Below, piece after piece: positions 25,477 to 36,954 of a stretch of DNA of 64,000 nt; position 1 is the first letter of the stretch; each line of letters opens with the position of its first letter. The notes under the pieces are model-generated. The model saw only the letters and a list, made by a program, of their open reading frames with translations, did not search any database and was not told the DNA's origin. The position numbers and the translations under genes are program-made. Origin of the DNA: Tubiluchus corallicola (taxonomy: Eukaryota > Animalia > Priapulida); NCBI GenBank assembly GCA_030141605.1, contig JAQGDQ010000766.1, positions 36,085 to 100,084 of the forward strand, read 5' to 3'.

Positions 25477-26871
25477 ATGGACGAGACTGCACAAAGAGTC
25501 CCTGGACGTGTGAAAATTGAACCTGATATCTTAGTTAACTTTATAGAGGGCAGCACTGATGTTAAAGTGCAAACTGACAATGTAAAAACTGAAAGTGATT
25601 TTGAAAAAGTTGACATAAGAAACACAAATAGAGTAGAGTGCGGTTTTCAAACAGGTGAAATGACTGTGAAAACTGAGAATGATGTTCTTGTAGATAGTGA
25701 TGTGAAAAACACTGATATCTGTGAAGTGGACATTATGATGCAACCTGACATTGTCTACTTGAAAACTGACTTCAGTGTTTTGACGAATAGGAAAGGCAAT
25801 AGTTTGTGTGATGGAGTTACAGATAAAGATATAAAAACTGCTAATGAATTTTTAAAAACTGAATCGGATGCTTCAGATGATGTAGTGAATCAAAGCAAAG
25901 AGGATTTAATAGAAGACGAACTTTTAGCAAGTGTGAATGAAAAAAGTCCAGAGCTTCTGTCATTTAATCTTGATCGCTCTGATCTTTCTGTTAAACACAA
26001 TGAAATTGTAACTCCTTCCATTCAAGAAAAATCTCGTAGGTTTACTCATGGTGCTGATGCAAGGAATTTGAAAAAACATACAAGAACTCACACTGGAGGA
26101 AAATCTTACAGGTGTGGTCAGTGTGATGCTGCTTTTACGTATTCATGTCAACTGAAAAACCACTTTAGAATTCATAGTGGAGAAAAACCTTTCAAGTGCA
26201 GTCAGTGTGGCGTTGCTTTTGCTCGGTCAGACTTTTTGAAAAGGCATTTGAGAGCTCACACTGGAGAGAAACATTTCAAGTGTAATCAATGTGATGCTGC
26301 ATTCACTCATGCAGATGGTCTGAAAGTGCATCTAAGAACTCACACTGGAGAGAAACCATTCAAGTGTAGTCAGTGTGATGCTGTATTTGCTCATACAAGT
26401 ACTCTCAAGATACATTTAAGAACTCACACTGGAGAAAAACCTTTCAAGTGTTCTCAGTGTCATGCTGCATTTACTAAGGCGGGCGATATGAAAGTTCATT
26501 TAAGGATTCATACTGGAGAAAAACCATTTAAGTGTAGTCAGTGTATTGCTTCATTTGTCACATCAGGCCATCTCAAAACACACTTTAGAATTCACACAGG
26601 AGAAAAACCATTCAAGTGTAATCACTGTCATGCTGCATTTAGTCGCTCAAGTGCTAGGAATGTACATCTAAGAATTCACACTGGAGAAAAACCATTTAAG
26701 TGTAGTCAGTGTAATGCTGCATTTGCTCACACTGGTAGTCTGACAAGGCACTCAAGAATTCACACTGGAGAAAAGCCATTTAAATGTAGTCAGTGTGACG
26801 CTGCATTTGTGCAGGCTGGCCATCTGACAAGACATTCAGTGATTCATCGCACTACAGAAAAAAACCATTGA
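25477..26871 (+). CDS. Tandem C2H2 zinc-finger protein (gene D), 464 aa, 9 intact fingers; closest paralog of gene A
   Basis: C2H2/TGEKP array; acceptor at 25437; ATG at 25477. Confidence 0.93.
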   Translation: MDETAQRVPGRVKIEPDILVNFIEGSTDVKVQTDNVKTESDFEKVDIRNTNRVECGFQTGEMTVKTENDVLVDSDVKNTDICEVDIMMQPDIVYLKTDFSVLTNRKGNSLCDGVTDKDIKTANEFLKTESDASDDVVNQSKEDLIEDELLASVNEKSPELLSFNLDRSDLSVKHNEIVTPSIQEKSRRFTHGADARNLKKHTRTHTGGKSYRCGQCDAAFTYSCQLKNHFRIHSGEKPFKCSQCGVAFARSDFLKRHLRAHTGEKHFKCNQCDAAFTHADGLKVHLRTHTGEKPFKCSQCDAVFAHTSTLKIHLRTHTGEKPFKCSQCHAAFTKAGDMKVHLRIHTGEKPFKCSQCIASFVTSGHLKTHFRIHTGEKPFKCNHCHAAFSRSSARNVHLRIHTGEKPFKCSQCNAAFAHTGSLTRHSRIHTGEKPFKCSQCDAAFVQAGHLTRHSVIHRTTEKNH

Positions 26872-29220
26872 GGTGGGCAGTCCAACAGACCATACTGTGA
26901 TAAACCTTTTAAAAGCAACAAATGCTTGGCCAACCTACAGTAATTTAAGACTATGAAGCATACTAGTGGCAAAGAATGATTTTGTATGTAGTCACCGTTT
27001 TTCTAATTTTGTGAGTTTTTCTTAGTTATTATCTAACACATTTGAGAATTTACAAGGGATTAACCTTTTAACTCTCATCACTTATACAAAAAATATTATT
27101 AAAATTTTGTCTTAAGTCAGGTCTCATGTAAGCTTGTCTGTTCATAGTACTGTTCATGTGTATTTTTGTAATCATTGGTAACCTCACATGTATCATAACA
27201 TCTGCATGATTTTTCTTCAAATTTGGGAGAAATACATTTTTTTAAATACTTTATTAGACTGTTAAACACACAACTTATAATATGGTTATTAATTACTGAT
27301 AGATTTTAGACACAAAGATTTTATAATTAGACGATGTAACAATTCTCATTTGAAGGGAGTGAAACACAACTTCTTTATTCAAAGCCAATCTTGCAATTCT
27401 GTCACGCTCTACTTAACTGCAGACAGGTGGCAGCACTATACAGTATATCCTAGATGGCGTAATATTAAGACGCTACACAACTGTCTTTCCATTTTTTAAA
27501 GCCGCAAACATCTTAGGCTACTCACTGCTTTTAATTTACTTTTCTTAAACATTTAGTTTGTTGCAATTTAAATTTTGCTGTTTTCATTAAAAAGAATAAC
27601 GTATCTCAATCTTTGCTGGTCTAATGTAAATTTCGTACAAAGTTTTTTATAATTGTATCAAAATTGGTTTTAACATTTTTACAAGATGAATTGAGTTGTG
27701 TTTTTGAAAAAAGGATATCCATACTGGATTGTTTTGTTTGTTCAAAAGTTTGTATTTAATGTATTTGGTTCCCTGGCTTTGCATGAACAGTGAATATTAA
27801 CAATGAATTTTGTTACAGAAATAGTAATAAAGCTATTTTTTAACATATTATTGCACTACTACTTCTGAAATTGTACTTTGTGTTACAAGTCTAAACCACA
27901 ATCGCCTGTTAGTCTTAATAACTTCGTGTTTTTTTCTGCTAGGCATGCATATTTATTTATATGTATATGTATGTATGTGTATATACTTATATAATATATG
28001 TAAACATTAGAATGCTATTAGAATGCCATCAGTACTATTATAATAATACAATTTTACAGCATATAGAGGCCTCATGATTATCTAGATGCCATATTGCAAA
28101 TGTGTTATATGCATAACTAACATGTAAGTGAAAGTTGAGAAGTAAGAAAATTCTCTCTTCCTAATATATCCACATATATATATATATATCTGTGTATTTT
28201 TTTTAAATAATGTTTGCATGTGTGTGTAAATGCTTGAGCATCCTACGACGGTATATGTATGTGCATATTCAGTTAGTATGTGTTTACCATATCAACATTA
28301 TATGTATTTATTATGTCTTTATGTCCTTGATATGTATATCAAAATTTAAACCTAAGTTTCATATGTTCAATCCTAGTGTTGTTTTATTGTTATTTATTGT
28401 TGTTTTTATTATTATTGTTATTACTATTATTATTAATATTACGACTATCTTTATTATCATACAGTTTTTTCAAAAAATACTTATTAAGTACTGAATCTGC
28501 AAGTTTTTCTCTGAAATCTTCTGACATAATGTCTTTCTAAAAATTGCTTTTTTACTATTACAAGCTGACTGCACGTGGTACAAGTGAACTTTCTAGATGT
28601 TTGCTGGGTCTAAAGTCTTACTATTATATATGCAGTATAGAATCAGCACTCAGTGAAAAGAATATCTGTATGTGGATAATTGATTTTTTTTAGTTAGCTG
28701 ATTTCACACAAGTAATACTGTACATATTACTGTAAGTATATAAGTATACTGTAAACACTGCAGTTACTATAAAAACCTTTAAATTTTTTCACTGAGAATT
28801 GATTATAGTTTGTCCAAGGCGACACACATTATAAAATTCCACTGAGTACAGACGTATAGAGTGTTGGTCAATTTTGCCCTCCTAATGTGAAAAAAACATC
28901 TGTTTATTTCATTTTGTTGAAATTCTTATTGTATGGCAACATGGAGAATCCTCTACTATTATAAGTTTGAAAAAACTCAGAATAGCATACAATTTTTGCA
29001 AGATTTGATTTGATTCGATTTACTTCTTATTTCCAACTTTCGTTTATATCATATTAGTACAACATTAAAAATATAAGCAACGAAAATACAAGTAAATAAA
29101 CACACAAGCACACAACGTAAACAACATTAGAAATAATAATAACAATAATGACATTTTGCGTTGGCTTCAATTATATCAATGAATATCAATAATGTAAATA
29201 ATTAAGCATAAGATATCCTT

Positions 29221-29305
<85 letters not shown>

Positions 29306-30741
29306 GTTTACCTGTCCTCACGACTACTGTGCCTGGTCTACATGAACTGAACTTGCTGTATTTCGACGTGATCTTCTAAAGAGAACTTGAAATAGTGATA
29401 ATTTAATTTGTACGGAAATATTGGATATACATCCGTTGTACTAAAGCACTGGGCACACCTTGCCCTACTCGAGCGTTTAATTTAATCAGTTATCATGAGT
29501 TTGAGACCATGCTCGGGCCCTAATTGTAAATGCTGTATAGTAGTGTAACTTTGTAAGTACTGTGTGTGTATGTTACTAACTGTTCTTTATTGATGCTATA
29601 ATTATGTTTATATGAGCTTCATGTTTGGAATAAAGGATAAATCAAAGAAGGTCCAAGGTCCAAGATGCTGTGTAATTGACAGTAATGAATGCAACAAGAT
29701 ACAAGACATAATCAAGTAAATAATTAATTACAAATTCATCAGGCTCTGTACGCTTTCCTCCCAATGTCTCTAGAACGATAAAGATCATGTTATTTCCACA
29801 ATTTTACATTTACGTGTTTTTACCAACACAAACAATTAATTCTGGATAAAGTCAGACACAAAAATTTAATTGTCTGACATAAGTCTAGGCCTTTGGGTGG
29901 CATCAAAGCATCATTAAAGAAGTAACTCACAAAATAACCTACTTCAGAAGAGGATGCTGTATATAATAAAAGTATATCATTAGGTCTGTTTATCAGCAAA
30001 TACAGTCAGGGATAAACGTACTCACTATGCGAGATTGTATGTTCACGACCATGTGGCTGCCAGAAGACAAACTACAAGACAATAGTGAATGTGCCAGTCT
30101 AAAGATGTGATGTGTCTGTATTAAAAAACAGCGTCCAGGTTGTTTAATGGGTCTTAGGCATATGCAAAACTCAATGTCCGACATTAGCCCATGTCCGATA
30201 TCGCCCCTTGAAGTTTTTAAATTTTTGTCTGATTGAATTGATTACATCAAACAGCTGAGTTTGTTTTGATCCGTCTTGAACTTGAACTTTGTTGTGATCA
30301 CGTGACACCTTTGGATTCTGTTTTGTTCACGTGGGTACTACAGCCTTCAGTAATTATCTCACGCCCCCGCTGTAGTTAGGCTTGAACGAGATTGTTGTGG
30401 TCACGTGACACGGTTGCTTTGAACACATGATTACTACACGCCCCCGTCGTAGTATTTCATTGACAAATGATTAAAGAACATTTTTCTACATGTACTCTTA
30501 TACGTACATCTACATATACAGAAAGCTGATTCAGAATACGGGTAAATAGAGGGAAGATAATTGAGTGAGCGAGAGAGAGAGATGAGAGAGAGAGAGATAA
30601 GAGATAGGGAGAGAGAGAGAGAAGAGAGGCAAGACAGATAAACAGGCGAAGGAGGAGAAAGACAAAGAGGGGAGGGAGGGAGGGAGAGGGAGAGAGAGAG
30701 AGAGGGAGATGGAGGGAGGAAGGGAGGTAGGTAGGGAGTGA

Positions 30742-30900
30742 CAGGGCCTATTTGAGCCTAAGCGAGGCCCTGGGAAGTGGGGGGTGCGAGGCCCCTCGGG
30801 GGGGGGGGGCGAAGCGCCGGGCAGCGGGCACACCATGGTTGGCGCCCAGAAAATTTTTGAACTACTAGAACGCCGGAGAAGCATTTTCGAAAGGAAAATA
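30742..30900 (+). mobile_element. GC-rich terminus of a hAT-like element (second copy at 45083-45237)
   Basis: Begins CAGGGCC; about 155 bp shared with 45083-45237; poly-G tract; no partner end found. Confidence 0.55.
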
Positions 30901-32468
30901 TATACCTGTCCAAGTTTGATTTTTTTATAGTTTTCACTTTATCTGTTGTAGCAGACGTATGTTTTATGTAGCTTGAGACTTTCTCTTCGTGTAGAAATTC
31001 CTTGCGCTGTTATTGACCGTTTTGTTCAACAATTGATTGGCTGATATGATAATGTATGCTGCTATTGCCTGATGCATTGATTTGATAGCGTCCTTGAGTT
31101 GTCAGATGTGAATTGACCAGTCTTTATTGTAGGACAGCTGTTTTATAGATGTAGAACAATACGGTGTTAATGAATCGAATAAATAATTAATAAATTAACA
31201 AAGACTTGCGTTTCTGTAGCTAGAATGCACTGCGTTTATTGATTATTCCACATTTAATATTTCTTTATCTTGAATTTTATTACTACAAATTCACAAACAC
31301 CCTCTGGTTGATTGGTATTTTATGATCTCTCTATTCAGACATTGAAAAGTGACTACATTAATACATGGCTTTGCATCTGACGATTTTGGCAAAGGGGTGA
31401 TCGTATCTTCAGACAAGGATAATAACTGTGATCAATAGATGTTAATAATTACAGAGGCGTTATGTTGTCACCTGTACTATGGGAATTATTTAAATCTATT
31501 CTGTTAACCTTCATGTGCTAACGTGAAACTGTGTAAAATGTCAAATGCTCCTAGACCTTTCCACTGATTATAATTAATGCACAAACATTCTACATAGTGT
31601 TTGCAAACAGCTCCTTCTAAACAGGCTAACATCAATTGCACTTACATCATAAGTGCCAGCAAAAGCTTAATAAAACGAGTAAAAATCTAGGCAGAATACA
31701 ATGGAATCTCAGCCCAATGCAAACGTCATTGCAGATTCTAAGCGAGAATCACCCAAAATGCAATCTACAATCAATTCGTAGATGCTCTTCTTGGTTGAGG
31801 CGTCCCTAAATGTGACCCCATCGTCGTAAAGCCCTGTTTGTTCTCTTTCCTAGTAACTCTATATCTCCTGCCCAGAGTCCCACCAGACAATGCCATAATG
31901 TTTCTACAGGCCGCTTGTCCAAAATTTCCAAGAAAATCCGCACTTGGGTCCGGATGAATGCCCGTTACGGGTCGCTGTTGCCCTCCCACAAATTCTAAAT
32001 ATGCCTATAACACAAATCGCTGAACTGGACCTATCCAACCACACCATCACCACACCGCACATCACCAGTCTCCAGAAGTAAGCGGTACAATTTTGCAAAA
32101 AAGGGTCATCTTTGGAGGTTTTTCGCTCCCCGTTGTTCCTGGTGGATTTGAAAATTAAACAATTTTAAAAAAACGACACTAGATCAAGACCTTTCGTTTG
32201 ATATATAGATCGCCAAGAATGGTGCCATCATCCGAGCTGTAGCCTCGAATATACAAATCCCATACCACTGCAGTTATTATACACAATGATGATTCAAGAA
32301 TTTAAGATAAAAATATATTTTTTTTAATTTTTATGTAATCAAAAGCATCTTTATTTTGGAAAAAAGAAATAAGGAAATCGGATTCCAACATTTTATGTGG
32401 CAACTTCCCCAGTTAGAATATTGAAGTTTGCTTATTGCGAGTTGAGTTTATTTGAAATGCGTATTTAA

Positions 32469-32896
32469 CCCTTTCATACCCGTTGTATCCCGTGCGATAC
32501 GAGAATATTTTCTGTCTTTAAAATTAATAAAATTTTAAAACTGACAGTTATTTGGTCTGTTAATAGTTATTTTGATTTAAGGCAATATCAATAGACTAAA
32601 AATGGTGATAAAATGGCAAACTAGAAAATCTACATAGCACAAAAAACTGCGCAAGGTACAGTACTTTAGAGACGACTTTGTACAGATCAGCATAGCATGC
32701 ACACTAAATGTCTTAAATACTTTAAAAAATTATCAGCAGTTGCAAAATGAAGCACATTTTTTGCTTTTGTTGTGTTTTTAAAAAAGTCGGACTTTGATAT
32801 GACAAAGAATATTGTGTATCCCACAGGATACATTGGGAACAAAAGTACCAAGCCAAAAATTTTTCTTATTAAAAAAATAATTTGGGACTGAAAGGG
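32469..32896. mobile_element. piggyBac-like MITE
   Basis: TTAA|CCCTTTCA...TGAAAGGG|TCAA; an inverted copy lies at 41723-42167. Confidence 0.85.
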
Positions 32897-33425
32897 TCAA
32901 TGCCCATTACTGAAATGAGGTTACACGAATATGACAACTGGAAAAAGAAAGATACGTCTGATGATTGCATCAGCTTGGGGCCAGGATTAAGGCAACTGAC
33001 GTCACTGGTTTAAGAGCCACATACGTGAAGAAGTAGGGCTTCTTCCGCTAGTCAAGACTGACTGAGAAAAACTGCAATATCAGAGATCCGAAATTCTGCC
33101 AGATTTTGTTACGACACTGCATCATAGTATGTTTAGAAGAAGTACGATACAGAATCATAGTATGTTTAGAAGAAGTTACGATACGGTGCATCATAGTATG
33201 TTTAGAACAAGTTTTGATGTTTAAATGCTCGTATGTAAATGCTACATGCACCATTCTGCATAGCTGACAATAAAACTTCATTTATTATATTACCCTGCTA
33301 ATTTAGGGGTTACATGTCCTACTGTTGCTTGATATATGTTTTGCTTTAAACTGAATTTTGTTTTTGCTCTTGAGTTTGATTTTGTTGCTTTTGTGTGATA
33401 TAATTTTTGCCCCTAGTTGAACCCT

Positions 33426-34075
33426 GTTTTGATTTGCTTGTGATTTCTATTGTTTTGATTTGCTTGTATTTTCTTTTGTTTTGATTTGCTTGTGATTTCT
33501 TTTGTTTTGATTTGCTTGTGATTTCTTTTGTTTTGATTTGCTTGTAATTTCTTTTGTTTTGATTTGCTTGTGATTTCTTTTGTTTTGATTTGCTTGTAAT
33601 TTCTTTTGTTTTGCTTTGCTTGTGATTTCTATTGTTTTGATTTGCTTGTAATTTCTTTTGTTTTGCTTTGCTTGTAATTTCTTTTGTTTTGATTTGCTTG
33701 TAATTTCTTTTGTTTTGATTTGCTTGTGATTTCTTTTGTTTTGATTTGCTTGTAATTTCTTTTGTTTTGATTTGCTTGTGATTTCTTTTGTTTTCATTTG
33801 CTTGTGATTTCTTTTGTTTTGATTTGCTTGTGATTTCTTTTGTTTTGATTTGCTTGTAATTTCTTTTGTTTTGATTTGCTTGTGATTTCTTTTGTTTTGA
33901 TTTGCTTGTATTTTCTTTTGTTTTGATTTGCTTGTGATTTCTATTGTTTTGATTTGCTTGTAATTTCTTTTGTTTTGATTTGCTTGTGATTTCTTTTGTT
34001 TTGATTTGCTTGTGATTTCTTTTGTTTTGATTTGCTTGTAATTTCTTTTGTTTTTATTTGCTTGTGATTTCTCTG
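33426..34075. repeat. 26-bp minisatellite (about 25 copies)
   Basis: Unit ttttgttttgatttgcttgtgatttc. Confidence 0.97.
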
Positions 34076-34477
34076 TTTTCAGTTGAATTGCGTTTGTTTT
34101 TATAAAAATGTCATCACCCTGTGAATAAACTTGTATTTTAAATAAGGGGCAGCTGACCAAGTGACCAATAGGGCTTTCGCTGCTCCTTCTCGGCTGTAAT
34201 GAAACAAAAATAATTAAGATGAATTCTAAACTGCTATTGAGAATATTAAATTGAATTGAATTGAATTGAATTGGACTTCGTTTTACGAAAATCACGAGCC
34301 ATAAACCAGTTTTGTGATCAGTGGGCTTACAGTCAAACTAAACTCTCACTATAATATAAGCTTTTACAACTTAAAATCCAACTCTTATTACGAATATTCA
34401 ATTTACTTTATTATAAACTTTCTGTAGAACTTGTTTCCTTTGATTTTTTATCACTTCGTTGGTAGTAGTATTGAAGA

Positions 34478-34630
34478 ACCGCCATTTTTGTTGGGCAAGG
34501 AAAACGACATAATGAATACAGTCACGTGGTTCACTCGCTTACTCGCGCCAAAGACGAAACATGGCGACCTTTTTGGCAATGCACGCATTCGAAATTTGCC
34601 AGAAAAAGGTAAATTATTTAACTTGTAAGT
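34478..34630 (+). promoter_or_regulatory. Housekeeping-type promoter-like motif cluster with a possible first exon
   Basis: CCGCCATTTT and AACATGGCG (YY1-like), GTCACGTG (E-box), CGCGCCAAA (E2F-like), then AAG|GTAAAT. Confidence 0.4.
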
Positions 34631-34772
34631 GTTTTTGATTCATAATAACTATGAATTCTTTGTGTAATCGTAATAATGTGTTAAAAGTACTTACTTCCAT
34701 GTCTGTTGTGCTTATACAGGCCTTTAAGACTGGACTTAATAAGAATCACTACTCAAAGCCACCACGTGTTAG

Positions 34773-35247
34773 TCCCATACTTCAATGATCACAAACCACT
34801 CATCCCATACTTCAATGATCACAAACCACTCATCCCATACTTCAATGATCACAAACCACTCATCCCATACTTCAATGATCACAAACCACTCATCCCATAC
34901 TTCAATGATCACAAACCACTCATCCCATACTTCAATGATCACAAACCACTCATCCCATCCTTCAATGATCACAAACCACTCATCCCATACTTCAATGATC
35001 ACAAACCACTCATCCCATACTTCAATGATCACAAACCACTCATCCCATACTTCAATGATCACAAACCACTCATCCCATACTTCAATGATCACAAACCACT
35101 CATCCCATACTTCAATGATCACAAACCACTCATCCCATACTTCAATGATCACAAACCACTCATCCCATACTTCAATGATCACAAACCACTCATCCCATAC
35201 TTCAATGATCACAAACCACTCATCCCATACTTCAATGATCACAAACC
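34773..35247. repeat. 30-bp minisatellite (about 16 near-perfect copies)
   Basis: Unit catcccatacttcaatgatcacaaaccact. Confidence 0.98.
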
Positions 35248-35547
35248 TCTCACAAGCTTCTGACTGCAGCCAGCAGAGCACGCTAAGCTAACAGATTACA
35301 TTTTTACAAGATAGTAATTAACAAGATGGCAATAACAATTAGTTTGTTCAGCTTTGAGCAGGCGTCACTTCACTGTCTCTACAAAGCAAACACGACAATT
35401 TCCCTGCTAATTAATAACACTAATTAGCTTGATGATATATCTCGTCAATGTGATGTTTCAGTGTACTGATCTACATAATCTGTACTCATTTGGCGTAGAT
35501 GCTCATGCAAATATCTCATTCGTTACTTGAACAGCCAGCATGCGTCA

Positions 35548-35866
35548 ACTTCCTAGATGACAGATGAATTCCTAGAAGACAAAAGACTTCCTAGAGGACT
35601 GTAGACTTCCAGTAGGGCAAAGGACCTCTTTGAGGACAGAGGACCTCTTAGAGGACTTCCTAAACGACAGAGGACTTTCTATCAGCCACTGGTCTTCCTA
35701 GAGGACTTCCTAAAAGACAGAAGACTTCCAGGAGGAAAGAGGACTTCGTAGAGGTCAGAGCATCTCCTAGAGGACTTCCCATATGACAAAAGACATCCAG
35801 AATGACAGAGGACTTCCAAAAGGAGAGTGAACTTCCTAGAAGACAAAGGTCTTCCTAGATGACTTA
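35548..35866. repeat. Degenerate ~19-bp tandem repeat
   Basis: Approximate consensus ttcctagaggacagaggac. Confidence 0.8.
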
Positions 35867-36046
35867 TAATTACCTTATAATATCCAGCTTTTGTTATTGC
35901 TGAAAAGTGTTGGGAAGACATTTTGACGTAAAAATCTGCAGCACTACCTGCCGTAGAATAAAATGGCATTGAAGGAAAATCATATTGTAAGTCACTGCCT
36001 TAGCACATTTTTGTCACTGCTAGCTCGTAATATGCGCATTTGGCAC

Positions 36047-36152
36047 GTATTATGTGGAAAATGAAGCCATACCGTATTATGTGGAAAATGAAGCCATACC
36101 GTATTATGTGGAAAATGAAGCCATACCGTATTATGTGGAAAATGAAGCCATA
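36047..36152. repeat. 27-bp tandem repeat (about 4 copies)
   Basis: Unit gtattatgtggaaaatgaagccatacc. Confidence 0.95.
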
Positions 36153-36176
36153 TATTATACAAATATCCCCCATAGG

Positions 36177-36954
36177 CAGGGTGCATAAGATTATGGATAT
36201 GTATAAAATAAATAAAATAGCTTATTTTATGGATTTTTGAAATTTTATTTTATGGATATCAATAAAATAAGAAATAGGCTATGCTGGAACGAGATGCCCA
36301 GGGGGAAATCAATTAAAAAGTAAAGACAGGAGGCTTGAAACGTGTTTTTAAACACGCAGGACTTAGTTTTAATTTTATCGGTTTCGTTTTGATTTTATCG
36401 GTTTCATATCACTTCAAATTTAATCAAATTTTACGAGACAATGCCTTGTAATTCATCACTTCAGTTCAAATAATTCGTCTATTTGGTACGAATGTAGAAT
36501 CTCTAGGTTGAAGTTTCCGGTCCAATGCCTGTATTCAGTTTTGATTGCCTATTGCTTTGCACCTTCTTTTTCTTCCTTTCCGAAATGTACACAAAACAGA
36601 CACTCTACAGAGAGTACGTCTCTGGTGGCTGGGTCTCTCAGTTATTTTCAGACCGAACTCCAGCTCATGCTTTGGTTGAAACTTCGCCATCTTGATAACA
36701 AAAAGACAATGAGAAAAAAACAATGTAAAATAGCAAATCCGGAAATGCGCTTTTGTTGGTTTGTTTTCTTTCTCTTACTCTCCTTCTAACGTTCGTTTTC
36801 AGTGTTGCCAATGCTTACAACTCGTTACTCTGTACAAAAAATCGCAAAAAAATATTTTTTTATTTTATGCATTTCTTATTTTATGGATTTTTCAAATTTT
36901 ATTTTATAAATTTTTGGTCTTATTTTATGGATATCCATAATCTTATGCAGCCTG
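36177..36954. mobile_element. hAT-family MITE
   Basis: TIR cagggtgcataagattatggatat ... atatccataatcttatgcagcctg; 8-bp TSD CCCATAGG. Confidence 0.92.

Larger units (their letters stand above)
22598..30741. repeat. Composite inverted duplication: rc(A) 22598-27787, rc(C) 27788-28377, rc(B) about 28395-30741
   Basis: Junction at 27787/27788 (gcatgaa|cagtgaat) and a second junction near 28377-28395. Confidence 0.88.

Noticed and set aside
31900-32290. Possible non-autonomous Helitron remnant (also near 8610-8800 and 48300-48470)
   Set aside because: The resemblance is only impressionistic; termini and hairpin could not be defined.
33447-35291. Long repetitive ORFs (282, 185, 170 and 168 aa)
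   Set aside because: They are translations of the 26-bp and 30-bp minisatellites; the 30-bp array is open in several frames and on both strands.
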